This document shows positions 1-11,509 of a DNA stretch of 64,000 nucleotides, piece by piece. The notes beneath the pieces are model-generated. The model was not told where the DNA came from and did no database searches. It saw only the letters and a list, made by a program, of their open reading frames with translations. The DNA is from a virus. Location of the stretch: positions 1,420 through 65,419 of the IMG/VR virus record IMGVR_UViG_3300032300_000577; one strand, written 5' to 3'. The position numbers and the translations under genes were made by a program. Positions within the stretch are counted from its first letter, which is position 1. Each line of letters starts with the position of its first letter.

Positions 1-2627
1 GTCTGGCTGTTGCTGATTGTTGGCGTTTGTGTTTGACTATTACTAATAGTTGGTGTTATAGTAGGTGTCGGAGTTTCACTTAAAAAGGGAGTTAGTGTTG
101 GAGTTGGTGTTCTTGTTGGGGTTTCACTGTTACTAACTGTGGGAGTAGGAGTACTACTTTGACTAACAGTTGGAGTAGCACTATTACTGACAGTGGGCGT
201 TATAGTTGGAGTACTACTATTACTAATAGTTGGAGTAGGGGTTGCACTATTACTAACTGTTGGAGTTATCGAACTTGTTGGAGTTGCTGTTGGAGTACCG
301 CTATTACTTATAGTTGGAGTTCTTGTTGGAGTCGCACTATTACTAACGGTTGGTGTTTGAGTTGGTGTTTGTGATCGTGTAGGTGTCTGAGTTGGTGTTA
401 CTGTTGAACTTTCTGTTGGAGTTTGACTAGGAGTTTTACTATTAGTTGGAGTTACTGTTGGTGTTTCGGTGCTAGTCGGAGTTTGACTAGGAGTTCTTGT
501 AGGTGTTACTGGAGGAGTAGAGGTTGGACTATTTGATGGAGTTCGTGTTTGACTGGGTGTTAGTGTATTGCTAGGTGTTACAGTTGGTGGCGGAGTTCTT
601 GAAGGAGTTACCGGAGGAGTAGAAGTTGGACTATTTGATGGAGTTCGTGTTTGAGTTGGAGTCTGACTGTTGCTGACAGTTGGAGTTGGTGTTCTGGTTG
701 CACTGTTACTGATAGTTGGTGTTACAGTCCTAGTAGGAGTTCGAGTAATACTAGGAGTTAGTGTTGGAGCAGGGGTGTTGCTGGGGGTTATGGTATTTGT
801 TGGCGTTGGAGTTGGGGCAATGGTCTTTGAGCTAGCCAATACTATGCTAGGAATAGTTTTGAGACCATAAGGTTGAGTATATGTTGAATTAATAGAACCA
901 TCAATTCCAAAAGACCAATCCGTAGCAACTTTCAAAAAACTAGTACTCTTTTTTGTAGAGTCAGTAAGAGAAAATTGTTCGTATCCAATATTAATAGAAA
1001 TTTGGTAATCTCTATTAACAGAAATATGAAATAAAATACCGTCAGACCTAATAGCATCCACCATATTTGGCTTGTCATATAAATTTGTATATGTTTTGGG
1101 AAATAGTTCATCTCCTATGGATATATCTAACCATGTATCGTTAGATATTAATGTAGTACCAGTTATATCGTTTGGATCGCTGGTAAATTTTGTTGATGTA
1201 TTTATTTTATACAACTTATTATCTTGTCCCAAAACAATACCATAAATACTACCATACGGATACTCTTTAGTAAGACTAACTATTTTTTTAATTCCTGCTG
1301 AGATGCCTAGGTTTGTTGGAACAGAATGCCCGAATCTTCCCAAGAATTGTACCCTATTCAATTTGTCAATACCATATGTGGTATAAAAATCTCCAATGTT
1401 AAAAGCATCTATATCTCTTAACCCAAACATTGGTTGGGGATATACTTTGACTGGAGTATCAAACTTAGTAGTCTCTGGCAATTGAGAAGTGATTAAGGAA
1501 TTACTGTTGTATCCCCAAGCATATACTTCATCAAATTGATTTATGGCAAAAATTGTTACATTTTGTCTGGGGTTTTTTCCAACAGTTATATATATATCTT
1601 TCCAATTGTCTGTAATTTTACCTTTTAGAGTTATAGCAGTAAGCCATTGTCTTCCAGATGCTGCCACACACTGGTAAGAACTGCCATTCCAATATCTGTG
1701 AAAATTATTTCTTGGATCTATATAGTTAGTATTACCAGATGGGTCCCGATTGTCATGAGCAGTAACATATCTATATCCAAACGATTGTGCTATTTTAGCA
1801 TATGTTTCTCTGTCGTTATAAAGCCAAGATCCCGCTGCTCCGTTGGAGTCACAAGGAGCCGACCCTCCTGTTAAACCATTTAATATCGAAGCTAAATAAG
1901 CTGGTCCTTCCAATCTAGAACCATAAGTTATGTCTCCATCACCTTGTGTGCCATTAAAAATATCTATTTTTTGAGGTCTGTAAAAATCCACAGTATTAGA
2001 ATAAGTCTGTGATAGATTAGTAATATTATCAAAACTTTTATAGGTTATGAAAGGAACAGTCCCGTCTAATTTATCAAATATGGCTTTTGTTCTGCCTCCT
2101 GTTCCACTTAGCACTTTTCCATTATACTCACTATATCTATTACCGTTATAACGACTAAAAACGTCGTTCGCTATAGTCCATAGTTCTCCGGTTGTAGTTA
2201 ATCCAACTAGTACTCCTGGCCCCAAAAGAACCTTAGACCATTTTTTCCCAGTAAATTCAGGCCAACTACTAAAAGGATTAAAAATTGTAGCATATGGTTT
2301 GTAGTCATAAACAGTTAACCAATTATAAAACTTGGGGGCTTGTAAATGAACATTTCCGTTAGTGTCAACAACTGCCACACCCATATTTTCTCTGGTTTTA
2401 CAGTCAGGAAAATTTGAAGAAAAGGTATTAAATAGTAATCCTGACGTTTGATTACTATAAGACATGGATTTTGGAATTAAACTGTTAGCTTTATGTGTGG
2501 TTATACCGTCGCTAGAAAAAAATGTGGTTGTAGGACTTAGTGAGTATGCTCCCAATTGTTGATTGCAGGAGCCATTATCTACTGTACTAAATATCCACGG
2601 AACATGTCCTTTAACAAATATGCTCAT
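1..2627 (-). CDS. Partial gene (runs off window start): RCC1-like/beta-propeller domain followed by a long Thr/Pro/Ser-rich tract; putative virion appendage protein
   Basis: Absent from the ORF track because there is no stop in the window. ATG at 2627 (MSIFVKGHVPW). Spot-checked in frame: FAINQFDEVYAWGYNSN (RCC1-like) near 1500-1560 and TPTISNSQT repeats at 1-820. Confidence 0.75.
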   Translation of the reverse strand, partial: MSIFVKGHVPWIFSTVDNGSCNQQLGAYSLSPTTTFFSSDGITTHKANSLIPKSMSYSNQTSGLLFNTFSSNFPDCKTRENMGVAVVDTNGNVHLQAPKFYNWLTVYDYKPYATIFNPFSSWPEFTGKKWSKVLLGPGVLVGLTTTGELWTIANDVFSRYNGNRYSEYNGKVLSGTGGRTKAIFDKLDGTVPFITYKSFDNITNLSQTYSNTVDFYRPQKIDIFNGTQGDGDITYGSRLEGPAYLASILNGLTGGSAPCDSNGAAGSWLYNDRETYAKIAQSFGYRYVTAHDNRDPSGNTNYIDPRNNFHRYWNGSSYQCVAASGRQWLTAITLKGKITDNWKDIYITVGKNPRQNVTIFAINQFDEVYAWGYNSNSLITSQLPETTKFDTPVKVYPQPMFGLRDIDAFNIGDFYTTYGIDKLNRVQFLGRFGHSVPTNLGISAGIKKIVSLTKEYPYGSIYGIVLGQDNKLYKINTSTKFTSDPNDITGTTLISNDTWLDISIGDELFPKTYTNLYDKPNMVDAIRSDGILFHISVNRDYQISINIGYEQFSLTDSTKKSTSFLKVATDWSFGIDGSINSTYTQPYGLKTIPSIVLASSKTIAPTPTPTNTITPSNTPAPTLTPSITRTPTRTVTPTISNSATRTPTPTVSNSQTPTQTRTPSNSPTSTPPVTPSRTPPPTVTPSNTLTPSQTRTPSNSPTSTPPVTPTRTPSQTPTSTETPTVTPTNSKTPSQTPTESSTVTPTQTPTRSQTPTQTPTVSNSATPTRTPTISNSGTPTATPTSSITPTVSNSATPTPTISNSSTPTITPTVSNSATPTVSQSSTPTPTVSNSETPTRTPTPTLTPFLSETPTPTITPTISNSQTQTPTISNSQ

Positions 2628-2640
2628 TTAATATTTATCC

Positions 2641-3726
2641 TTATATACAGTCTGTGCATTCTACAGTTAGAAAGTCTGTTGTTGTTTTATTTGATCCGTC
2701 TTGAGCAGTAACTTCTATTTTAGCTATAATTGGCGACTGATTTTGAATATTAATTAATGCTCCTATCTGACCAACACCATCTCCAAATCCTATGATTCCA
2801 CTAGATGGGGTTATAGTAGATGTTGAGTTATCAAGATTAAAAATATACTTATATGGTTTACCCTTATCAAAAGATGAACAGCTAACAATTACTGGCAAAG
2901 ATTCATAAGCACAATCTGATGTAAGGGTCTTTTTTGGAGCGTCAACAAACTTTACTACTGGATAATTTTCTACTCTTCTTGGTAAGCAGGATTTGCATCT
3001 TATAAAAACAGTATCTGTAATTGGAACACAAACATCATATGGTTCAGCCACTATAGAAACTTGTAATATGGAATATAAATTATTTTGACCATAAGTTTCT
3101 CTATAGTCTGGATCTAAATTATAGTTTGTAAAACAGTCCGGACAATCTTCTGCTATTAATGTTGGAGCAAACATTAGGTATGCATTAATGCTTTCTGATG
3201 TTGCTTGAGGAGTAAATACTCCTTCTCTTGGTAATATTTTAACTGGCCAGTTTGACTGGAAATTACTAATAGTATATTTGTATCTTGTTCCAATAGATAA
3301 TTGACCAAATCCAACAGTTAAATATTGATAATGGTTAGCTTCACCCTCTATATTAAAAGATGGTGCTGGAAATGTTATTGTGGGCGACTGTGGAACCAAA
3401 CATTGTGTAGATCCGCTACTACTAACTAATCCACCAACAGCTAAAACATTAACAGGATAAGTAACGCCAACTTCCATTATTACATAGTAAGACTTATTGG
3501 TTTCTAATGTTTTTAATGAAGAGTTTGGATCTGGAACATTAAGTGTTTTATAGAAAGTAGGAATTAATCCATTAGTAGCCTGAGAAGCATATATTGTCTG
3601 AACCGAAGATATAAACCTATTGTATCTGGTCAAATCATCTGTTGATAAATTTTTTGGAGCTTCTAAGAGATTCAAAGGGTCTTTGCCCAAATATGTAAAG
3701 ATGAAATAACGAGAAGTAATTATCAT
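2641..3726 (-). CDS. Putative virion protein with two Cys-bracketed beta-sandwich repeat domains
   Basis: Two copies of G-x2-Y-x-Y ... P-x-(S/E)G ... D-x4-C-x2-C; located downstream of the TMP. Confidence 0.65.
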   Translation of the reverse strand: MIITSRYFIFTYLGKDPLNLLEAPKNLSTDDLTRYNRFISSVQTIYASQATNGLIPTFYKTLNVPDPNSSLKTLETNKSYYVIMEVGVTYPVNVLAVGGLVSSSGSTQCLVPQSPTITFPAPSFNIEGEANHYQYLTVGFGQLSIGTRYKYTISNFQSNWPVKILPREGVFTPQATSESINAYLMFAPTLIAEDCPDCFTNYNLDPDYRETYGQNNLYSILQVSIVAEPYDVCVPITDTVFIRCKSCLPRRVENYPVVKFVDAPKKTLTSDCAYESLPVIVSCSSFDKGKPYKYIFNLDNSTSTITPSSGIIGFGDGVGQIGALINIQNQSPIIAKIEVTAQDGSNKTTTDFLTVECTDCI

Positions 3727-3737
3727 TAGTTATTCTC

Positions 3738-4214
3738 CTAGCTCAAAACTATTCGTGGTGATGTTAATAAGATTCTGTTATATGTTAGAACATTTCCTGA
3801 CAGTACAAAGGATATGTCTATTAATGTCGAAGGACCTAGTCTTGTAGCATCATATTGCATTTGACCAATTACGACATTTCTGTAGATAATATCTGTTGTG
3901 CTAAGAATATTAGAAGAAGAAGTATCTATAAGTGGTACTGTAATAGAAATATTAGTATAAGCACTATTGGTTATAATAAATCTTGCAACAATGTTTTCAT
4001 CAACAACATACAGATAATCGTTAGTGTTATTAAGATAATATGATAGCAAGTCTGGTGTTCTACTTGTTGGCGTTGGGGTCATTGTCATTGTCGGAGTGGG
4101 TGTAGGAGTAATTGTGGCAGTCGGAGTGGCCGTAGGACAGAGAATATTTAACATATCCTGTGCTACGGTGCATCCGTCCGTTAAAGATACTTTTAGTAGT
4201 AAATGATTAATCAT
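3738..4214 (-). CDS. Hypothetical virion protein with TPT linker
   Basis: 158-aa ORF with PTATPTATITPTPTPT tract; GTGTAT motif upstream. Confidence 0.65.
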   Translation of the reverse strand: MINHLLLKVSLTDGCTVAQDMLNILCPTATPTATITPTPTPTMTMTPTPTSRTPDLLSYYLNNTNDYLYVVDENIVARFIITNSAYTNISITVPLIDTSSSNILSTTDIIYRNVVIGQMQYDATRLGPSTLIDISFVLSGNVLTYNRILLTSPRIVLS

Positions 4215-4242
4215 AGTTATGGTCTCTTATATTACTAATACA

Positions 4243-5556
4243 CTATTGTTGAAATACACAGGGTTCAAGATTGCATGGTTGTTGTAATGCTGCAATTTCC
4301 GAATAATGAAAATCTTTTAACATATCATTACAATTATCACTACTATAAAGATAAATTGGTCTAGTTGTTTTAATTAAGCCAGTTTCTACATCTTTTAATG
4401 TTGCATATAGTATTACTATCTGATTGGCCGTAATAGTGAAAATAGACATTACCTTTTGCTTAGTTGCTCCAGCAAAAAACCTGCCAGACTCTGGCTTTAT
4501 GTTTAGTGTTGGTATTGTTGGAATAAAGTGAAATTCGTATTCATATAATCTATTAATATTTAATTCAGAACATAACAGTGAAACTGGAGCATCTACATAT
4601 GAAGAATTTTTGACTACTATTGGTTGTTCAACAGTATTTGGGAAAGATGAGGTTTCAACTGTTCCCAACATACTAAGGTTTTCAAAATCAACCCTGAATA
4701 AATTATTTGTGTTTGTTACATTACAGTAATTACATACTACCTGGGCGATGTCTTTACTAATAACTCTGTTATTTTTGAGGAGTTTGATCTGGATTAGTGC
4801 TGATTGTACGCACTTCATAGACAAAATAGTTCTACAGTCTACTGTTAGAGCTTTAGCCTTAATATCAAATCCGTCAGAAACTTCATTGGTTATCGGAATA
4901 GAGCAACAAGGTGATAGAAACTCATAAGTTCCTTCGTTTTGTCTAATAGTATTGAGATATTGAATATCTAGTATATCATACTCTACTGAATAATCATTAT
5001 TTAAGTTTAAATTAGACATCCTATATTCTAATAACACCTTTTCTGAACAAGATATTGTTTTATCTGCCACGGCGTCAACAAGCACAGCTTCTGAAATATC
5101 TGAAGATTCACCAACAGCAGAACATGTGCTATAAATTATACTTCCTTTTGGATTTTTAATTCTAACCCAAACAATATTCTCGTGAGGGTTTTGATTTGTT
5201 GGATGTGCTAAAATTTGTATACTATAGTCTAGTCTATTTGTGGCCTTAATTAATCCTGCAAGACGTTCTGAAATAACATTACTAGCATATCTGTCTCCTG
5301 ATTCTGATCCTATTCCATCAGGCATTAATGCAGGAGGACTTCCTTCAGTAGCGTTATTTAAATTAGCGTCTAAAACTATAATACCATTTATTACAATGTT
5401 GAATCTAGCAGCATCACAGCGATGACCACCGAAACAGGGAGCATTTGCAACATCATTGTCTACATAAATTGCCTCTACTAGATAGTCTTTTAGAGTAAAA
5501 TTTTCAGGTATAATAATGGTGTTTAGTATATTGTTTTTAAATTTTATTTTTTCCAT
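4243..5556 (-). CDS. Cys-rich putative virion protein with two copies of the repeat domain
   Basis: 437-aa ORF; YEYEF...KPESGRFFA and DIAQVVCNYC motifs. Confidence 0.65.
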   Translation of the reverse strand: MEKIKFKNNILNTIIIPENFTLKDYLVEAIYVDNDVANAPCFGGHRCDAARFNIVINGIIVLDANLNNATEGSPPALMPDGIGSESGDRYASNVISERLAGLIKATNRLDYSIQILAHPTNQNPHENIVWVRIKNPKGSIIYSTCSAVGESSDISEAVLVDAVADKTISCSEKVLLEYRMSNLNLNNDYSVEYDILDIQYLNTIRQNEGTYEFLSPCCSIPITNEVSDGFDIKAKALTVDCRTILSMKCVQSALIQIKLLKNNRVISKDIAQVVCNYCNVTNTNNLFRVDFENLSMLGTVETSSFPNTVEQPIVVKNSSYVDAPVSLLCSELNINRLYEYEFHFIPTIPTLNIKPESGRFFAGATKQKVMSIFTITANQIVILYATLKDVETGLIKTTRPIYLYSSDNCNDMLKDFHYSEIAALQQPCNLEPCVFQQ

Positions 5557-5568
5557 AATCTAATACCT

Positions 5569-7734
5569 TTATGAGCAGTTTCTTATTATAAATACAAATA
5601 TTTTACTGGATACCACAACACCAACACTATCTAATATTGATGCTATACATGTTTTATTATTTAAGCTTGCGTCTACACCAGTAAGTAATATGTCTAGTGT
5701 ACTCTCATCTGTATCTGCTGCTACATCAAATGTAGAAGCTAATATTTCTGGTTTCTCGACAGTATTTCTAACAACCTGTAATACATAACTGCCCTGTAAA
5801 GCTTGCTTATTCTTTTTCCAAGATATGCTAACTGCTGGAGAATCTCCGACACACTTATCTACTATAGAAGATATATAAAGGTCTGAGGTTGGTAATAACG
5901 GTGTTGGGGTTGGAGTTGGTGTTGGGCCTGGAGCGCAAGGACATTCTTCAACACCAACAAACACTGAGTCTTCAGTAAGTGTTGAACAAGAATCTCCAAA
6001 ATCAATCCTTCCACCAATATCTCCAGAGAATGGTCCTAATGCTAATTGATTATTATCGAAAGTAATAGTTTTAATATTGAGTGTTGAATTAGTATTGTCT
6101 CCGCTAAATCCAACTGCCACATAATTATTATCAAGTTTAGTTATCTTTTTAAGCAAGTTGTGGGGCACTAGCTTATCAAATCTATCTATCTTTACAGCTG
6201 TAACTGAAGATAAATCTGAACTAATTTTAAGATATCCGAACAAAATTCTAGACGAGGTATTGTATTTTTTAATCGATCTTTCTAATACATTTAGTGTTCC
6301 ATTACTATCTTCTGGTTGTCTATCACACGGTAGAGCTACGCAATCTCTATAAGAAAGTCTACTATATTCAAAACTACCAGTTACTAAAGACTGTTTTTCT
6401 AACCAATGAAGTAAACTTCTAGAGGATCCTCCTATAGTATCTATCGGATTAGATAATATGTTAATATTTAAAGGTAAAATTAAATAGTCTGTCATATCTA
6501 ATTCATCACACGGACTATTCAAAAAACTTACGGTTAAAGAGCGAATATCTGATGGATTAACATCATTTGCAACCTTAAATATCTGATTGTCTATAACAAG
6601 ATCTTTAAGATCTGTGGCAGAGTCTGGGGACATAATGGGCTTAGTTCCATTACTTAAATACTTAAAAATAGTTAAAGACTTATTTTCTCCATTAGCTACT
6701 ACATTTAATGTATTTATACTTCCTATTCTTTTGACAAATAACGTTTGATAGTACGTGTCTTTATTGTTAATATTTGTATATAGATACCCTCTCTCTCCGA
6801 ACGTAGTATCTATTTTAGACTCGTCAGATAAATATTTAACAACTATAATTGTATTTCTTTTTGTTGACGAAAAAGACTCAAAAATTATGTATGTTTCATT
6901 TCCATAAGTCTTTATAGACTTGCCTACAATTTTATTTCCATCAAATTCTGGTAATAAAGACCTAAACGAAATATATCCAACATTATCGTTAAAAGTTGCG
7001 TCTATAACTCCAGAGTTTGTAAGTCTAACAGCAATACAAACAGAATGCTTATTTATTAAATCATAAGCATTACAGAATACTATAATTTTATTATCTGTTT
7101 GCAAAGAAACAGCAAAAACATTTATTAACCTTATTTTATTATTGTCTATTGTGTCTAGAGTTATATATCCGTTATTTGATCCAAAAGTTCTGTCTATTGA
7201 TCCTGATGCTAAATATCTTGCTATTAATGGTTTATATCCACTTTCTCCAGCGGCAATAATCTTTGTTTGACCAGACGCAACCTGATTAATTACACATGAG
7301 AATTTACTTGCTACTTTTAAGTTTGTTGTATCGTAAAATGCAGAATTAACTTTTCCATTAATGCTGAAACTTGTATCTAAATCAAAAAATCTAGTAGTTA
7401 TATTATTTTCTGTTTTTGTTACTAATTTAGTTTTAGCTAGTATTGATTCAGAGATATTAGTCGATGAAGTTATTGAATTACAAGATGAATAACCAGAAAG
7501 TATTATGCTAGTATCTGTTACAACAGCGTCTGTAAGCTTGTCTATAGAAACAGATTTCATACTATCTATAACATCATAAGAATCACAAGCTATTTCACTT
7601 TTAAGATTAACAGTAAGACAAATGGCTGTTGGTGTTGGCGTTGGAGTTTCACATGGTGGGCAGTTTATGCCTCCTCCAGATGTTTGTTTATTGAATACTA
7701 ATGGATCTTTTCCAATAGATATCTGTTTTGTCAT
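5569..7734 (-). CDS. Delta-60-like repeat (beta-propeller) protein with PT linkers
   Basis: Repeats LIARYLASGSIDRTFG, VSLQTDNKII...VRLTNSGVIDATF and VKYLSDESKIDTTFGERG match the delta-60 repeat pattern. Confidence 0.65.
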   Translation of the reverse strand: MTKQISIGKDPLVFNKQTSGGGINCPPCETPTPTPTAICLTVNLKSEIACDSYDVIDSMKSVSIDKLTDAVVTDTSIILSGYSSCNSITSSTNISESILAKTKLVTKTENNITTRFFDLDTSFSINGKVNSAFYDTTNLKVASKFSCVINQVASGQTKIIAAGESGYKPLIARYLASGSIDRTFGSNNGYITLDTIDNNKIRLINVFAVSLQTDNKIIVFCNAYDLINKHSVCIAVRLTNSGVIDATFNDNVGYISFRSLLPEFDGNKIVGKSIKTYGNETYIIFESFSSTKRNTIIVVKYLSDESKIDTTFGERGYLYTNINNKDTYYQTLFVKRIGSINTLNVVANGENKSLTIFKYLSNGTKPIMSPDSATDLKDLVIDNQIFKVANDVNPSDIRSLTVSFLNSPCDELDMTDYLILPLNINILSNPIDTIGGSSRSLLHWLEKQSLVTGSFEYSRLSYRDCVALPCDRQPEDSNGTLNVLERSIKKYNTSSRILFGYLKISSDLSSVTAVKIDRFDKLVPHNLLKKITKLDNNYVAVGFSGDNTNSTLNIKTITFDNNQLALGPFSGDIGGRIDFGDSCSTLTEDSVFVGVEECPCAPGPTPTPTPTPLLPTSDLYISSIVDKCVGDSPAVSISWKKNKQALQGSYVLQVVRNTVEKPEILASTFDVAADTDESTLDILLTGVDASLNNKTCIASILDSVGVVVSSKIFVFIIRNCS

Positions 7735-7743
7735 TGAAATCTC

Positions 7744-10050
7744 CTAGCTTAACGACCATATTGTGTCTTTATTGCTCAACCCCTGAGTTACATACACTCG
7801 CAACTCAGTAATGAAATTAGCATTATCTCTCAAGTCTGTTGATCTTGTCCAGTCTTGTTCAGCTCCGTTTATTAAATATATTCCGTTGTCTACTGCATTA
7901 GATTGATTCTTTACTAAAATTCTATCTCCAGATACTGTTTGAAGACCATCAATAATAGGTAAGTTTTTCAGAAGAGTATCTGCTGTTGTAGCTAATCTAA
8001 CCTGTCGAATTACTGTATCGTCCGCACATCTGAGAGAGGAAACCATAGGAGCAACAGTATCAAAATTAGATGGTAGTAACCATTCAGTCTTTGCATTTGT
8101 CTCTCCGTTTGTTACATATACTGGACAATAATCCTGAGATCCACTGCCAACATTATCTTTAAATGTGGTGCAGAAAGATCCTTGGGCTGGATTATAAGAA
8201 ACTAATATCCATGAAGCAAACTGACTTCCTGAATTTTGAACAACATAAACGTCTGATCCTCCCCATTTATTTGGGGCATAATTATTTTTGACCAAAACCA
8301 AATCTCCTACAGCCAAAGGAATACCGTCTATGCTTAATTGTTGTCTAAATCCTGTCATTATACCATTTCTATAGACCCCATCTAGAGTTGTGTAATTAAG
8401 TGGAGAACTTGTTGCGACCTTAACTATTAGATAGGTTCTCTGTGAACATCTATTTACCAATGTTGATGTTGGGGTTGGCGTAGAAGTCTTAGTAGGTGTC
8501 TGTGAGGGCGTTGGAGTTGTTGTTGGAGTTTGACTACTCGTTACAGTATTTGTGGGGGTAGCTGTATTTGTCGGAGTGGTTGTTGGAGTAGTTGTAACTG
8601 TTGGTGTTGTTGTTGCACTTTCTGTTGGGGTTTGACTATGTGTTGGCGTTTGTGTCTGAGTTTGTGTTGAGGTTGGAGTTGTAGTTGTGGTTGTTGTTGG
8701 AGTCGGGGTTGGAGTAACGTTTAGTATTCTCTTGCAGTCTTCGTCAAAATAATAGCAAACATTCCCTACTGCCTGATCAAATAAGAATGAGGCACCTCTG
8801 CAATCAACCAGATTTTGTTTATTTACACTCTTACAATCTACCTTAATTGCTCTAGTTCTTAATATCTCTCGTGAGTCATATTCATATATTTTAATTGTGA
8901 TATAATTATATTCACAGAAGTCTGTTCTTAAAGACATATATGCCGATGTGAAGAACTGATAGTCTCTTGCTATAAAATTATCTTCAGTAGTAAATATCTT
9001 AATGTTATCTGTTCCTAAAATTTCATAGAAATATTGAGCACCAACAACGAGATTAACAAAAACAATATCGAATTTATAATGGGGGGATATTTGTTTATTG
9101 TCATAGCAGCATTCTACATAATATGTAGGCTGATCAGTACCTATACAAACATTTAGATTGTCGTTCGAGGGAGTTACTGTTGGAGTGTTTGAAGGAGTTT
9201 CACTTATTGTAGGAGTATTTGATGGGGTTCGTGATGGAGTAACTGTGTTTGTTGGTGTGTTTGTTGGTGTTCTAGTATATGTGTGGGTTGGGGTTAGCGA
9301 TTGTGTCGGAGTATTTGTTGGTGTTTCAGTGGGTGTGGGTGTTTGTGTAGGAGTTGAAGAAAAAGATACTGTTGGACTTGGTGTTATAGACGAAGTAGGT
9401 GTTTGGCTATTACTTACTGTTGGTGTTGGTGTTTGACTATTGCTAACTGTTGGCGTTGGAGTCTGACTTTGACTTACTGTTGGCGTTGGGGTCTGACTAT
9501 TGCTTACAGTAGGAGTTGTTGTACTAGTTTGTGTTGGAGTCTCTGTTGGTGTCGAGCTTGCAGTCCTAGTAGGAGTACTGCTGGGAGTTCGTGTTTGGGT
9601 AGGTGTTGGAGTGGTTGTTGGAGCCGGAGTAGCAGTTGGGGTTTCAGTGCTAGTAGGTGTGATAGTCTGAGTAGAAGTATTAGTTGGCGTGACGGTTTGT
9701 GTTGGAGTTGCTGTAATTTCTGGAGGAATAGACAAACAGTCTATTGTTACAGTATCTTCTACAACAGTATCAGAATCCATATCTAATAAAGAAGACTTGA
9801 TAATAAAATATCTAGAGTTTTGACAAGCAGCTTTGACAACATAACTAGATGAAACACTTTGTCCTGCCACAAAAGTATAAGACGAAGGATCAAAAGACAC
9901 TGTTCCATCAGCAGAAATTTTCTGCATGGACAGAGTATAACTATTACCAGATACTAATCCGCTAAAAGATAGATATAAATTAACACCCAGAGAACAATCT
10001 AATGAGTCTTGTACTGTAATTATGGATTGTGAAAATTTTATATTTAGCAT
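7744..10050 (-). CDS. Mucin-like tail/appendage protein: two Cys-bracketed domains, two long Thr/Pro tracts, two IDG...GDRxLVKN tail-fibre-type domains
   Basis: Translation; the C-terminal RLATT...IDG...GDRILVKNQ...NGIY domain is shared with 44621..46792. Confidence 0.7.
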   Translation of the reverse strand: MLNIKFSQSIITVQDSLDCSLGVNLYLSFSGLVSGNSYTLSMQKISADGTVSFDPSSYTFVAGQSVSSSYVVKAACQNSRYFIIKSSLLDMDSDTVVEDTVTIDCLSIPPEITATPTQTVTPTNTSTQTITPTSTETPTATPAPTTTPTPTQTRTPSSTPTRTASSTPTETPTQTSTTTPTVSNSQTPTPTVSQSQTPTPTVSNSQTPTPTVSNSQTPTSSITPSPTVSFSSTPTQTPTPTETPTNTPTQSLTPTHTYTRTPTNTPTNTVTPSRTPSNTPTISETPSNTPTVTPSNDNLNVCIGTDQPTYYVECCYDNKQISPHYKFDIVFVNLVVGAQYFYEILGTDNIKIFTTEDNFIARDYQFFTSAYMSLRTDFCEYNYITIKIYEYDSREILRTRAIKVDCKSVNKQNLVDCRGASFLFDQAVGNVCYYFDEDCKRILNVTPTPTPTTTTTTTPTSTQTQTQTPTHSQTPTESATTTPTVTTTPTTTPTNTATPTNTVTSSQTPTTTPTPSQTPTKTSTPTPTSTLVNRCSQRTYLIVKVATSSPLNYTTLDGVYRNGIMTGFRQQLSIDGIPLAVGDLVLVKNNYAPNKWGGSDVYVVQNSGSQFASWILVSYNPAQGSFCTTFKDNVGSGSQDYCPVYVTNGETNAKTEWLLPSNFDTVAPMVSSLRCADDTVIRQVRLATTADTLLKNLPIIDGLQTVSGDRILVKNQSNAVDNGIYLINGAEQDWTRSTDLRDNANFITELRVYVTQGLSNKDTIWSLS

Positions 10051-10060
10051 CTAGTTCCCC

Positions 10061-10708
10061 TTAGCTACACTTTAAAGTTCCTAATATTGTCTTATTAAAA
10101 TTATTGAATGGATCTTGTACGGTTAGTTTTACAATAACAGAATTATTATTTCCAGTATATTTTGCTATAGAATTGATATTTAAGGCCACGTCTCCAGCTA
10201 ATAGATTTCCACTAGCGGGGAAAAATCCAAGATATGTTGAGTCAGACGAATTTAGTGTTGAAAATTCGTAAGAATATCTGTGACCTATTACAAGATTTGA
10301 TAGTTCTGCTATAATACTGTTGGGTACTCCTCCGCACGAAATGTTTTGGTTTTGCTCTAATAGTGAGACAGAAAAATACTGAGGATCTCCACACTCTATA
10401 GAAACTATATCTTCTGCCTTGTCTTGGCTATTGGTTACATTAGTAACATTTACCTTCACAGTATTTACTCTAGAGTTTGACATTTCCATAACAACTACAA
10501 AAGTTTCTGATGTTTGAATCCCTGTTATCTTAAAATTATTTGGTTTAAAAACAACATTACCAGATCCTATATTGGCAAACGAACAATTATATTGTTCTCC
10601 AGGAATCATATTCTCTACAATAAACTCTACTGGAATACCGTGAGGGCAGCACGTTTTGTTAGTAATTTTTATATTTGTGTCGTTAAATTTTACTTTTAAT
10701 TTTCCCAT
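10061..10708 (-). CDS. Putative virion protein, tandem Cys-bracketed repeat domains
   Basis: NMIPGEQY...DIVSIECG and NLVIGHRYSYEF...FFPASG...TLKCS. Confidence 0.7.
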   Translation of the reverse strand: MGKLKVKFNDTNIKITNKTCCPHGIPVEFIVENMIPGEQYNCSFANIGSGNVVFKPNNFKITGIQTSETFVVVMEMSNSRVNTVKVNVTNVTNSQDKAEDIVSIECGDPQYFSVSLLEQNQNISCGGVPNSIIAELSNLVIGHRYSYEFSTLNSSDSTYLGFFPASGNLLAGDVALNINSIAKYTGNNNSVIVKLTVQDPFNNFNKTILGTLKCS

Positions 10709-10719
10709 TTATTTTTACC

Positions 10720-11463
10720 CTATTGACAGGAAGAACATTGTACTAATAAATAATCTTCAAATTCATCTTCATCTTGGTTTCTTACAACCAACTTAATGCA
10801 ATAAATATCACTCTTTCCAATAAATTTCCCAACACAAGAAATATTCTGTACAACATCTCCAGCGACAACAGTGCCACTGCTAGGAATAAAAGTGATTACA
10901 TTTTTTGGATTAGTCTCTAAAGACGAGAAAGTATAGGAATAAGATTTTCCCTGAACAGCATTATATATATTGGCCACTATATTAACTTGAGCATCACATC
11001 TATATGGTTCTTGAACATTCTGTATTGGTTTATTGTTAAATTTTACATACTCAGATAAAACAGTAGGAGAAGGATTTGTTGGACAATTTTCTATTGTTCC
11101 GCACTTAACAGTAACAATATCTGTAGCACTTATTTGGGTTCCAACTTTAGTAATCAACACTTTCATTATATAGATTTCAGCATCATTAATAATTGCTAAT
11201 GTTGAAAACTTTTGTTTTGTTTTTGAGGCGTAAAAGGTCTCTGTTCCTGGGTTGAATATTTCATCACTACTATTAATAAGTAAGTAGCTTATGCTATATT
11301 GTCTTCCTGGTTCTAAATTATCTGCTTCGACAGAAACAACTATTTTTTTACACTTAGTTTGTTCAGAATTAAGTTCAACAATTTTTGATTCTGCAACACC
11401 AAGAACGGGTGGTCCTGTGTAATGACTAAAATCAAAATCTATATACAGATTGGTTGTGGTCAT
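10720..11463 (-). CDS. Putative virion protein, tandem Cys-bracketed repeat domains
   Basis: NLEPGRQY...DIVTVKCG and QGKSYSYTF...FIPSSG...DYLLVQCSSC. Confidence 0.7.
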   Translation of the reverse strand: MTTTNLYIDFDFSHYTGPPVLGVAESKIVELNSEQTKCKKIVVSVEADNLEPGRQYSISYLLINSSDEIFNPGTETFYASKTKQKFSTLAIINDAEIYIMKVLITKVGTQISATDIVTVKCGTIENCPTNPSPTVLSEYVKFNNKPIQNVQEPYRCDAQVNIVANIYNAVQGKSYSYTFSSLETNPKNVITFIPSSGTVVAGDVVQNISCVGKFIGKSDIYCIKLVVRNQDEDEFEDYLLVQCSSCQ

Positions 11464-11509
11464 TTTATTGGCCTATTAATACATAGTGGTAGAGATATTA
11501 TTTTATACA

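Noticed and set aside
1-820. Repetitive gttgg(a/t)gt DNA as a possible CRISPR array or satellite
   Set aside because: Repeats are degenerate, codon-phased and lack a constant repeat/unique spacer structure; they encode TPT tracts.
159-870. Plus-strand Val/Gly-rich and Trp/Cys/Ser-rich ORFs (also 9158..9786, 12117..12350, 35070..35321, 44371..44643)
   Set aside because: They are antisense shadows of Thr/Pro codon repeats in the real minus-strand genes.
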